Shown: piece after piece, positions 52,251 to 60,817 of the stretch
Position numbering within the stretch: the first letter of the stretch is position 1
Layout of the letters: every line of letters starts with the position of its first letter
Assembly (NCBI GenBank): GCA_039934635.1
Contig: JBDTLT010000001.1
Location: forward strand, 66,315 to 130,314
Reading direction: 5' to 3'
Origin: Acidimicrobiales bacterium
GTDB lineage: Bacteria; Actinomycetota; Acidimicrobiia; Acidimicrobiales; WLNW01
Length of the DNA: 64,000 nucleotides
Position numbers and translations under genes: made by a program
Notes under the pieces: generated by a model
Told to the model about the DNA's origin: nothing
The model's database searches: none
What the model saw: only the letters and a program-made list of their open reading frames with translations

Positions 52251-54294
52251 GCGGCGTAGGCGGCGACGCGGACGGCGGCGGTGGGGTCCACGGAGAGATC
52301 GCGAGCGAGGGCGATGGTGGCGGCGCCTGCGGGTCCGCACCAGCGTGCCGGCGCCGGCGGAGTGTCCAGAGAATTGTGAGCGCGATTACGAGCAACAGCA
52401 GCACGACCGCCAAGGCGATCGCGAGGCGCCGGAGCCCGACTGAACCGGCATCGTCGATCTCGCGTTGCACTGCCAACGACAGGTCGGTCGCCCGGGCAGT
52501 GTCGTCATCGGAGAACGCAACGCGTGCGTCATCGAGTCGACGGGCGGGATGCGCGAACAACAGACCGACCTTTTCGGTGATGCTGCGGGATGCGTCGAGG
52601 CGATCCTTCGCCGCGTCCAACGTCGTGGCTGTTGCGAGTTGACGGTCGGCCATCTCGATGACCTTCGACAGCTCGCCGTCAGCCTTTTCGTATGCGGACT
52701 CGAGCGCGACCGGTACGGCTGCGTCGACATCGGCGGCTAGCGCTGCGATCTGATCTCGCTTCTCCAGCACGGTGCGGGCTTCGGTCATGCGCAGCTCGGC
52801 AGACGCGAAATGCCAGCTGCCCAACTCCTTGCGTACATAGACCGGCGGCGTCCAGCTATCCCCGCGTTCGACGAGGGTCGTGTAGTTGGCCCGCGCTGCC
52901 GCACGTGCGTCATAGAGCGGGCCGTCAGCATCGCGCGCGACGTACTTCTCGAAGAGGTCGGCGGCCTTCTTCGAACCACCGACGTTTTCGACGAGATCGA
53001 GCAAGCGATGATTGCCGGTGTCGATGTCGCCAAACTCGTTGGGCGTGTCGCCATAGGCCGGTGTGTCGTTGGTGACGGCGCTGATGACCTTCGCCATGTT
53101 GACAAGACCGATCTCGTCGGTGAGTTGGCGCATGAGCCACGCGGCGGTGTGATAGCCGTAGGCCTCGCGACCGGCAGCCTCACCCGTGGCGACTTGCGGA
53201 TTGCCCCAATCGGTCAACCGCACGGCGAAGCGACTGTTCGCGTCGAGCGCAACTTCGTCGGCCGGCTTGCCCAGACGCTTCAATGCCTGAGCCGCGTATT
53301 CCTCGGCGAAACCTTCGTTGATCCAACGGTCGGTGAACGTGCCGCGGTTGAACCACGCGTGCGACAACTCGTGCAGCAAAGTCTCGTAGTCGAGGTCTTC
53401 GCCGACCTCGATGGTGTTGTCGAGCGGAGAGAACCAGCCGGCATAGCCGCGGAGATACGAACTCGTGGCCTCGGTGATCTGGAGCTGGCCCTCGAGGGGC
53501 CACGGTTGGCCGATGAGATCTTCGAGTACGGGCATTCCTTCACCGAGACCGCTCACGACGAAGCGTTGCCACTCGGTGTCATTCGGCCATGCGCGGACGA
53601 CGACGTCGCGCGTGCCCGCGTCGGCATCGATCGATTGGAGCGCGTCATCGTTGCGAGCCGACACCACGACACCCCAGCCGTCGCTCGTTGGGAAACCGGC
53701 CGCGGAAAGGGTCGTGCCACCACCGGTGGTCGGGCGGTCGTCGATGTTCGACCCGACAGTCTCGACCTCGAAACCGGGTGGGACATTGACGTGTACCGAA
53801 GCGAGCGTGTCATCGCCGACGGCCAGCGCGACGAACGAGATATAAGCGGGATTGGCGCGATTCAGGCCTTCGGATCGAGGAGCATCGCCGATGATCTCGT
53901 AGCGCAGGACGATCGTGCGCCGTTGGCCCGAGAAGAGCGAGGGGAAAGTGACGTCGACGCGTTGAATCGCGTCGCTGATCGGTGACGTCGTCACCGACAG
54001 GTTCGCACCAGAGCTGGTTGCGCTGAAATTGCGGGCACCGGCAGACGCTCCCACGGTGAGCCCGTTGAAGAACGAACGACGCAGCACGGCGCCGACGACG
54101 CGGTCGGGCAGCTCGTTGGTCACGGTGATCGTGCTCGACACCGTCGTACGGCCCTGCGACGGCACGATGTCGTAGGTCGTGTCACCCTCGATGCGCAGCC
54201 CGTCATCGGCGGCTGCGGGGGCGGTCGCGAGCAGGCCCACCGCGAGAACGGATGCCGCGAGGCGTGCGACCCGACGATGCCCGCGTCGAAGCAT
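52240..54294 (-). CDS. Secreted, C-terminally membrane-anchored M1-like gluzincin metallopeptidase
   Basis: 684 aa. Signal peptide MLRRGHRRVARLAASVLAVGLLATAPAAA. Zinc motif HELSHAWFNRGTFTDRWINEGFAEEY (HExxH plus a downstream NEGFAE, as in M1 aminopeptidases but with shorter spacing). C-terminal TM LAIALAVVLLLLVIALTILW followed by a Pro-rich tail. Confidence 0.7.
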   Translation of the reverse strand: MLRRGHRRVARLAASVLAVGLLATAPAAADDGLRIEGDTTYDIVPSQGRTTVSSTITVTNELPDRVVGAVLRRSFFNGLTVGASAGARNFSATSSGANLSVTTSPISDAIQRVDVTFPSLFSGQRRTIVLRYEIIGDAPRSEGLNRANPAYISFVALAVGDDTLASVHVNVPPGFEVETVGSNIDDRPTTGGGTTLSAAGFPTSDGWGVVVSARNDDALQSIDADAGTRDVVVRAWPNDTEWQRFVVSGLGEGMPVLEDLIGQPWPLEGQLQITEATSSYLRGYAGWFSPLDNTIEVGEDLDYETLLHELSHAWFNRGTFTDRWINEGFAEEYAAQALKRLGKPADEVALDANSRFAVRLTDWGNPQVATGEAAGREAYGYHTAAWLMRQLTDEIGLVNMAKVISAVTNDTPAYGDTPNEFGDIDTGNHRLLDLVENVGGSKKAADLFEKYVARDADGPLYDARAAARANYTTLVERGDSWTPPVYVRKELGSWHFASAELRMTEARTVLEKRDQIAALAADVDAAVPVALESAYEKADGELSKVIEMADRQLATATTLDAAKDRLDASRSITEKVGLLFAHPARRLDDARVAFSDDDTARATDLSLAVQREIDDAGSVGLRRLAIALAVVLLLLVIALTILWTLRRRRHAGADPQAPPPSPSLAISPWTPPPPSASPPTPLNP

Positions 54295-54414
54295 GCGGGC
54301 GAGCCTAACGGGCGCCTCGTCCTCGATGGGCGCTACGGCGCGCTTCGGTACTTTTCGACCGACCGCCCAGTGCGAATGGAGGTGATGTCGAATTGTTGAT
54401 GCGGGCGGGTGATG

Positions 54415-55182
54415 TCAGTTGATCCGCCGCAGCGTGGGCGCGGTGAACGCGCTCGGGTCGACCGAAAGCCCGCGGTCGCACAGGCCGGACGTCACCGCGT
54501 CGCTGCTGCAGGTGCCCGAAGCATCGGTCCGCATCAGATAGCGCGATCCGGCGGCGGTATAGACACGGAGGGATGCGTTCTTCGTGGTGAAGCCGGAGGC
54601 GCGTGGCTCGACCAGAGGGAAGCCATCAGGTCCACCACGAAACGAAAAGGCGTTCGCAACGTCGCGATCCTGCACGAACATGGCCCACGGTCCGAACACG
54701 ACGCGTGTGGTCGTGCCACCAATCGTACGCGTATAAGTTTCCACGCGGTTGCCATCCGCGATCGGCTCACTGGTCTTGGGCGAGCAGTTGCCGCCGAGCG
54801 CAGTGGCGCAGTAATTCGCGAAGAACGCGTCATTCGCAGCCGCGCCGAAGATGCCGCCACCTCCGGCCGATTGACCATCTGGTCGCAACAACTCGATCGA
54901 CGGCTCGACCAATGAGATCTGGGTGTCCGCGGGTGAGAACGCCACCTCGCCCGTCGCTCCGTCCGGAACGGTGAGGCGAAACGTGACGCGCTGTCCGTCG
55001 CTACGAAGAGGTGTGATGTTGTAGCCACCGAGGCTGAGTGTCGTTGTCGACGGGGTCGAAACGGAAGTGCTGATGCCCGCCGCGATCGTCGATGACGACG
55101 TGGCGGATTCGGATACGGAATCGCCGCACGCCGTCGCCAAGCATGCCGAGGAGACGAGGAACACGAGCAGTCGCGAGCGCAT
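54415..55182 (-). CDS. Secreted protein / probable lipoprotein of unknown function
   Basis: 255 aa. Signal sequence MRSRLLVFLVSSACLATACGD has two possible lipobox cysteines. A Ser/Thr-rich linker follows, and the mature part has 4 Cys. I recognise no family. Confidence 0.6.
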   Translation of the reverse strand: MRSRLLVFLVSSACLATACGDSVSESATSSSTIAAGISTSVSTPSTTTLSLGGYNITPLRSDGQRVTFRLTVPDGATGEVAFSPADTQISLVEPSIELLRPDGQSAGGGGIFGAAANDAFFANYCATALGGNCSPKTSEPIADGNRVETYTRTIGGTTTRVVFGPWAMFVQDRDVANAFSFRGGPDGFPLVEPRASGFTTKNASLRVYTAAGSRYLMRTDASGTCSSDAVTSGLCDRGLSVDPSAFTAPTLRRIN

Positions 55183-55215
55183 GGTCCGTCCCTTCGCGAC
55201 CGCATCTCCTAGCGA

Positions 55216-55410
55216 CTAGGAGCGGTCGTGTTGCATTCTTCCCGATTCGACCCGCCAAGTCTGCCCATCCCACCGATGCGCGTGGCCTCCGTCGGGACCA
55301 GCACGATTGCAATGCCGGACTTCGTTGTCACTTGCGGCACCGCCATCGAAAGTGGCGAAGCAGTTGGCGGTAGCGCAGCTTTGGCGCTCGGTGGAACCGT
55401 ATACGTTCAT
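55216..55410 (-). CDS. Candidate small ORF (64 aa, 3 Cys), unknown function; coding status uncertain
   Basis: ATG preceded by GGAAGG 7 nt upstream, directly upstream of the lipoprotein gene. My hand-counted GC3 is only about two-thirds, lower than neighbouring genes. An equally long ORF overlaps it on the plus strand. Confidence 0.25.
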   Translation of the reverse strand: MNVYGSTERQSCATANCFATFDGGAASDNEVRHCNRAGPDGGHAHRWDGQTWRVESGRMQHDRS

Positions 55411-55608
55411 GATCGACCTTCCAGGAGCAATTGGCTCGAGGAAGAGGCGGAGGGCTCAAAGTCGAGCCAGGTCTGGGCCAGGTCTCGAACTCGGCGTCGC
55501 TCCCAAGAGAAGTCACGCGCAGCATACGCCGACTGCGTCGCGAAGTAGCGCCATCGCCTCTGGCGCATCGAGCGTTGCACGCGCCGTCAGCGATGGGCGC
55601 ACGACTTT

Positions 55609-55651
55609 TTCGTAGCGTTTGGCACGCTCACAGCGCGCCAAACGCTACGAA
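55609..55651 (-). terminator. Hairpin downstream of the solute-binding protein gene (putative terminator)
   Basis: TTCGTAGCGTTTGGC (55609-55623) pairs with GCCAAACGCTACGAA (55637-55651): perfect 15-bp arms and a 13-nt loop that can pair further (GCT/AGC). It lies 19 nt beyond the stop at 55670. There is no canonical U-tract for the minus-strand transcript. Confidence 0.5.
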
Positions 55652-55669
55652 GAACAATTCAGTGGGGGA

Positions 55670-57475
55670 CTACTTCTCCATCCACGCTTTGTCGAAGAAG
55701 ACGAAGTTGCGATGGCTCGGCACGACACCGTGCACCTTGGGCGAGAACGCCTTGAGCGTTTCGACGGCGGTGAAGTTGATCCACGGCAGCTGTGCGTTGT
55801 ATTCCTCGGCGACAACCTTGTACGCAGCCTTCTTCTCGTCATCGGTCTTGGCCAGGCGCAGATCCTTGACGGCCTGATCGACCTTGGCACTCTTGAAGCC
55901 CGGACGGTTGCTCGTGCTCGTCGACGCCATGTTCTGTGCGATGGCCCAGATGGCGCTGTCGTCGGGCCCGATCGAGGTGCCCCAGCGGGAAAGGTCGAAG
56001 TCCTTGGCCGAGGTCACGACTGCTTGCTGTGCCGTTGAATCCTTGGACGTATCGACCGTGGCATTGATGCCCGCCGCCTTGAGCATGCCTTCGAGTGCGA
56101 CGGCGGCGTTGAGGTCGTTGGCCGAGTTGGTGAAGAGCACGCGGACCGTGCCATTCCAGCCTTCGGCCTTGGCTTCGCCGACGAGCTTCTTGGCTGCTTC
56201 GAGGTCGTACTTGGGTCCGGCTACTCCGGGATCCCACGGGAAGCTCTTTTGGAACAGGCCGGTTTCGGCGAGGCCCTTACCCGAGTAGACGCGTTCGTTG
56301 AACACGGCAGGGTTGTACGCGGCGGCGATGGCCTGGCGCACCTTGAGGCTCGCGGTTACGGGCGTGGTCGGCGTTGCTCCGTCGGGCTTGCCGGTGCAAA
56401 CGGGCTCGGGCTTGCCTGCCGCGCAGTTGATGGTCACGCCTTCGTTCATCAGCATGATCTCGCCGGCCTGGTCGATGCTCGAAAAGCCGATGACCTTTTC
56501 TTCCTTGGCGGTCGCCACGGTGAGCGGCACGCGGAGGTATGCACCGTTGGCGGTACCGGTCTTGAGCGCGTCGTACGTCTTGTCGCCGCCGAGGTCACCC
56601 ATCGCCACGAACTTGATGCCATCGAGATACGCCGGACCGTTCCAGTACGTGGGGTTGCGAGCCATCTCGATGGATTCACCGGTCTTGAAGGCAGTCACCG
56701 TGAAGGGACCCGCGCCAACCGGCTTGAGGTTGAAGTCGCAGGTGTTGGGATTCTTCGCGCCATCGCACTTCTTGATCGCGGTCGGCGACGGAATCATGCC
56801 GGGCTCGGCGGAAAGTGCGTAGGGGAACGATGCCCACGGCTCGTTCAGCGTGATCTTCACCGTGAGGTTGTCGACGGCGACGACGTCCTTGACGAGCGAC
56901 ATGTAGACGCCGGTCGACGTGGAGTTGCGCGGGCAGGCGATGAACTCGGCGCAGGTCGTCGCGGTAGGCGCGGAAGGAGCGGTCGAGGCACCCGAGCGGT
57001 GACGCTGCAGGCCGAATCGCACAGCCTCTGCGTTGTAGTCGGTGCCGTCGCTGAACTTGACGCCGGGGCGCAGCTTGAGCGTCCACTCGGTGGAGTCTGC
57101 GTTGCCCGCGATCGACTCGGCCAGCTGCGGCTTGTACGTCTTGGACGTGATGTCGTAGCGCATCAACGTGTCATAGACCGCCGCCATTTGGATGGCGCCC
57201 GAGGTGCCGTTGCCCAATGCGACGATCGGGTCGAGTCCCGCGATGTTGGAGTACGCGGCAAATGTAAGAGTGCCGCCAGTTTGCGGTTGGAGTGTGGTGC
57301 TGGGGGCGGCTGTCGTCGACGCGCCTCCGGAGTCGTTACCGTCGGACGATTCTCCGCTGTCTCCGCAGGCAGCAAGGATGATCGTCAGTGCGACGGGTAC
57401 TGCAAGAATGCGAATCCATCGTGAGAGCGACGTCTTTTGGTCAACGTCGGTACGGATTCGGTCGCGCAACTTCAT
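55670..57475 (-). CDS. ABC transporter substrate-binding lipoprotein, family 5 (peptide/nickel/opine type)
   Basis: Track ORF 55670..57508; I prefer ATG 57475 (MKLRDRIRTD...). Lipobox ILAACG followed by a Ser/Gly-rich linker. Length (~600 aa) and motifs (LTFAAYSNIAGLDP, PGVKFSDGT, GAGPF, YWNG) fit the SBP_bac_5 family. Confidence 0.8.
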   Translation of the reverse strand: MKLRDRIRTDVDQKTSLSRWIRILAVPVALTIILAACGDSGESSDGNDSGGASTTAAPSTTLQPQTGGTLTFAAYSNIAGLDPIVALGNGTSGAIQMAAVYDTLMRYDITSKTYKPQLAESIAGNADSTEWTLKLRPGVKFSDGTDYNAEAVRFGLQRHRSGASTAPSAPTATTCAEFIACPRNSTSTGVYMSLVKDVVAVDNLTVKITLNEPWASFPYALSAEPGMIPSPTAIKKCDGAKNPNTCDFNLKPVGAGPFTVTAFKTGESIEMARNPTYWNGPAYLDGIKFVAMGDLGGDKTYDALKTGTANGAYLRVPLTVATAKEEKVIGFSSIDQAGEIMLMNEGVTINCAAGKPEPVCTGKPDGATPTTPVTASLKVRQAIAAAYNPAVFNERVYSGKGLAETGLFQKSFPWDPGVAGPKYDLEAAKKLVGEAKAEGWNGTVRVLFTNSANDLNAAVALEGMLKAAGINATVDTSKDSTAQQAVVTSAKDFDLSRWGTSIGPDDSAIWAIAQNMASTSTSNRPGFKSAKVDQAVKDLRLAKTDDEKKAAYKVVAEEYNAQLPWINFTAVETLKAFSPKVHGVVPSHRNFVFFDKAWMEK

Positions 57476-57607
57476 TATCCCCCCAGGTAGGTGGTACGGG
57501 TCAGGCAAGGCGTGTGAGCCCGGCGCCGGAGTATAGGTGTGGCCCTGTAACTATCGGCAGCCGGGCGACGCATGTGAATGACGCGCGATGTGTGAGATGT
57601 TGCACAC

Positions 57608-58942
57608 GTGTGTGCGCTGAACGGCAGCGATAGAACGTCGACCATGTCGCGTCGCATTCGGCCTCGTCGCGCGGTTGCATCGCAGTGGATGTCCGATCCG
57701 CACATCGCGAGCGCGTACGCGTATCTGCGCGCGGGCGGCACTCCACGTGATCGCGATCGCATTGCCGCGTCGATACTCCCTGGTCTTCGCCTCGCGGGCG
57801 AAGGCGCGTCCACGCGTTATCCAGGGACGATGCACGGCGCGTGGTTCAGTGGTGAGCACGCGGCAAACGCGCTGATCGCCGAAGGTCGCGCCGGCGCGGG
57901 GCGGCGGACGCTCGTGGTCGGCGCCGGCTGGGCCGGTATCGCCGCTGGTCGGCGCCTTGCCGCGGCGGGTGGCCGCGTGATCGTGGTCGAGGCGGCGGCG
58001 GTGGCCGGCGGTCGGGCGGGCACCGATCGCACCTTGGGCGCGCCCGTGCATCTCGGCGCAGCGTGGCTCCATGGCGTCGACGACAATCCGATTGCGATGC
58101 TCGCTCGTGAGGCCGATGTCACATGGGAGCCCAGCGGATGGGGCGCGAGTCGCACGTATCTGTTGGGCGAGCGTTCACTCGACGAGGAAGAGCGCGACGC
58201 GGTGTGGACACTGCGCCGCGCGGTCGCCGGCGCCGTCGCAAATGCGCGCGCGCACGCTTCGGTCGACGATGCGCTCGGCCCTGTTTTGCGCGCCGCGCTC
58301 GCCGCGGTCGACGCGCCACCGCGGCAGCGCGCGGTGCTCGAGTGTTGGGTGTACGGCGAATACGAGAACCTCTACGCCGCGCCGATCGACGATCTGTCGT
58401 TGCTGCATTGCACCGAACCGTTCTCGATGTCGGGCGCCGATGCGACGCTCACCGGTCCGCTCGACCGCGTGATTGCGCATGCAATCGAACCCCTCGATGT
58501 GCGAGTGCGAACTGCGGTCGAACGAATCGAAGCACAGGGTGCGAGTTGGCGCGTGACGACAAGCGGGGCGACCGAAGAGGCGGACTCGGTGATCGTGACC
58601 GCGCCTGCCGGGGTCTTGAGTGCAGGCACGATCGCATTCGATCCGCCATTGCCCGACGACGTACAGGCATCGCTCGCTCACCTGGGTGCCGGTGTGCTGG
58701 CAAAGGTGTTCTTCGAATTCGACGAGCCGTTCTGGCAACCGCATTGGGCGTTCTGGGCGACGGCCGCGGTCCGTCCACCGATCGAGTTGTGGGTCGATGC
58801 GTCCAAGCTGGCTGGTCGACCGGTGTTGTGCGGATTCGCGACCGGCGCGCACGCTCAGCGGGTCGAGCGCATGGACAGCGAAGAACTCTGCTCGATGGCC
58901 GAGGCACTGCTCGGCGCGGTGCCCGAATTTGGTGAATGGTAA
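57608..58942 (+). CDS. Flavin-containing amine oxidase family protein with apparently permuted segment order
   Basis: 444-aa ORF (GTG 57608; alternative ATG 57644). aa 100-130 TLVVGAGWAGIAAGRRLAAAGGRVIVVEA..AGGR is the family N-terminal FAD motif. aa 27-92 QWMSDPHIASAYAY...LRLAGEGASTRYPGTMHGAWFSGEHAANALI matches the family's usual C-terminal segment. The ORF ends where that segment would normally begin. Confidence 0.75.
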   Translation: MCALNGSDRTSTMSRRIRPRRAVASQWMSDPHIASAYAYLRAGGTPRDRDRIAASILPGLRLAGEGASTRYPGTMHGAWFSGEHAANALIAEGRAGAGRRTLVVGAGWAGIAAGRRLAAAGGRVIVVEAAAVAGGRAGTDRTLGAPVHLGAAWLHGVDDNPIAMLAREADVTWEPSGWGASRTYLLGERSLDEEERDAVWTLRRAVAGAVANARAHASVDDALGPVLRAALAAVDAPPRQRAVLECWVYGEYENLYAAPIDDLSLLHCTEPFSMSGADATLTGPLDRVIAHAIEPLDVRVRTAVERIEAQGASWRVTTSGATEEADSVIVTAPAGVLSAGTIAFDPPLPDDVQASLAHLGAGVLAKVFFEFDEPFWQPHWAFWATAAVRPPIELWVDASKLAGRPVLCGFATGAHAQRVERMDSEELCSMAEALLGAVPEFGEW

Positions 58943-60123
58943 AGTCGATCATGCCGTTGCAGCCGTACATGGACTACGTATCGGTCGACGATCACTTGCT
59001 CGAGCCGCCCGATCTCTGGACGTCTCGACTACCGGCTCACATGCGCGAGGACGGTCCGCAGCTCATCGAGTGCACCGAGCCGATCCCCGACGATTTCGGG
59101 AGGACGTTCCCTGCGGGCAGCGAGGCGTGGCGCTTCGACGGTGCGATCATCTCGCAGTCGATGGGCATGGGCATCGCGGGCGTGCCGCCCGAACATCGCG
59201 AAACCGCCGCACTGCGCTACGAGTCGATACGTCCCGGATGCTTTTCGCCGAAGGATCGTCTTGTCGACATGGACGCTGATGGCGTCAAGGCGCAGCTGTG
59301 CTTTCCCACGTTTCCGCGCTTTGCCGGCACTCGCTTTCTCGGTACCCGCAACCGTGAACTCGCGCTCGCGTGCGTGGTCGCGTACAACGACTTCGTCATC
59401 GATGAGTGGTGTGGTTACGCACCCGATCGCCAGATTCCGATGGTGATCCTGCCGCTGTGGGACGCGCATGCGAGCGCGGCCGAGATCGAACGCACCGCGG
59501 CGCGTGGTGCGCGGGCCGTGAGCTTTCCCGAGAACCCTGCACCACTCGGGTTGCCGTCGGTGTTCGACCACTGGTGGGATCCGATGTGGCGCGCGGTGCA
59601 CGAGACCGGGCTCGTCATCTGTACGCACATCGGCTCGTCGGGTTCACCGCCGAAGCCGAGCGACGATGCGCCGCTCACTGCGACTTCGATGCTGATGCCG
59701 GTCGCCTCGTGGACGACGCTCGTCACGTTCCTGTTGTCGCATGTCTTCGTCGAATTCCCCAACGTGAAGCTCGCGCTCAGCGAGGGTGGACTCGGTTGGA
59801 TACCCGCGGCGCTCGAGCGCGCCGACTACGCGTGGGAGCAGCGTCGTCATAGTCGCGACGATCTACACAAAGACATCCGACCGTCCGACATGTACCGCGG
59901 CCATGTCTACGGTTGCCTCTTGGACGACACCGTCGGCATTCTCACGCGGCACCTCATCGGCGTCGACCACATCATGTTCGAGTCCGACTACCCGCACAGC
60001 GATTCCAAGTGGCCGGCATCGCGGGCCTACGCGGAGAAATTGCTCGCCGATGTGCCCGACGACGAAGCGCATCGCATGCTCGAGCTCAACGCGCGAGAGC
60101 TGTTTCGCTTCCCCCGCTGGTGA
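58936..60123 (+). CDS. Amidohydrolase-2 family metal-dependent hydrolase (PF04909-like)
   Basis: 395-aa longest ORF, overlapping the upstream gene by 7 nt. Alternative starts are 58951 and 58969 (MDYVSVDDHLLEPPDLW, closest to the paralog N-termini). C-terminal motif MFESDYPHSDSKWP. Confidence 0.85.
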   Translation: MVKSIMPLQPYMDYVSVDDHLLEPPDLWTSRLPAHMREDGPQLIECTEPIPDDFGRTFPAGSEAWRFDGAIISQSMGMGIAGVPPEHRETAALRYESIRPGCFSPKDRLVDMDADGVKAQLCFPTFPRFAGTRFLGTRNRELALACVVAYNDFVIDEWCGYAPDRQIPMVILPLWDAHASAAEIERTAARGARAVSFPENPAPLGLPSVFDHWWDPMWRAVHETGLVICTHIGSSGSPPKPSDDAPLTATSMLMPVASWTTLVTFLLSHVFVEFPNVKLALSEGGLGWIPAALERADYAWEQRRHSRDDLHKDIRPSDMYRGHVYGCLLDDTVGILTRHLIGVDHIMFESDYPHSDSKWPASRAYAEKLLADVPDDEAHRMLELNARELFRFPRW

Positions 60124-60606
60124 CTAGCGAGCGAGGCTCTTGTCGATGAGCTCGACGTTCTCGTCGATGAGCTCGAGTTGTACTTCGTCTTCGAGTTTGT
60201 GCGGATCACCGAGGTCGGCGATCTCGTGTGCGGCATTGGCACGCAGATTGGGGAAGATGTAGTTCTCTTCTTCGCTGACGTGCTGAGCGATGTCGTCTTT
60301 GAACGCGGCAAGAGCAGAGATGAACTCGAATTGATCTGACTGCTCGACCAGGCGGACGAGATCGTCGCGCGCTTTGTCGTGGTCTGCGTTGGCGTGTTGG
60401 GCCACGTCGTCGCCCAATCGTTCGGCGACGATGGGGTAGAGGCGCTCTTCTTCGACGTCCATGTGTTTCGCGAGGGAATCGCCGAGTTCGGCCAGGAGTG
60501 GCTCGCGCTCGGCGACCGTTTCGGTGGACTCGAGCTCGGCGATCAACTTCTCGACCTTGCGGTGCTCTTCTTCGAGATGCTCCAAGACGTCCATCAGGGG
60601 CTCCAT
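60124..60606 (-). CDS. Hemerythrin-like (HHE cation-binding) domain protein
   Basis: ATG 60606 in frame in track ORF 60124..60738. Repeated H...E motifs: LEEEHRKVEKLI, LAKHMDVEEERLYP, DHDKARDDL and IAQHVSEEENYIFP. 160 aa, acidic. Confidence 0.7.
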   Translation of the reverse strand: MEPLMDVLEHLEEEHRKVEKLIAELESTETVAEREPLLAELGDSLAKHMDVEEERLYPIVAERLGDDVAQHANADHDKARDDLVRLVEQSDQFEFISALAAFKDDIAQHVSEEENYIFPNLRANAAHEIADLGDPHKLEDEVQLELIDENVELIDKSLAR

Positions 60607-60817
60607 TCCAAGTTCGCGGCTAGGTACCCGTTCGAGCGAACGCGCAAACCGAAGACGAACCGCCGACGACGGGCTGTCGGGCCATCGCGATCGATGCGTA
60701 CGTCGTCGCGAAGCAGATCGGCACGCCTGACCTGACACCGGGCATCGGCTGGACTAGGTGACGACGCGGCCGCGGATATCCATCAATCTAGTTTGTTTGA
60801 TTCGACTCTCGAAGGGT

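Noticed and set aside
55228-55548. 106-codon plus-strand ORF overlapping the candidate small minus-strand ORF.
   Set aside because: It has no convincing Shine-Dalgarno, my hand-counted GC3 is mediocre, and it has no motif. Its C-terminal half is Arg/Ser-rich like the shadow ORFs. Neither frame can be confirmed without comparative data.
57560-57607. TGTGTG/CACACG-rich palindromic stretch in the SBP / amine oxidase divergent region, considered as an operator.
   Set aside because: It consists of short, overlapping, low-complexity (GT/CA) repeats. I cannot define clear arms or a cognate regulator in the window.
60783-60801. ATCAA-N9-TTGAT inverted repeat upstream of the ArsR-ArsC gene, considered as the operator.
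   Set aside because: It has only 5-bp arms in an AT-richer region, so it could easily arise by chance. It is not reported as a feature.
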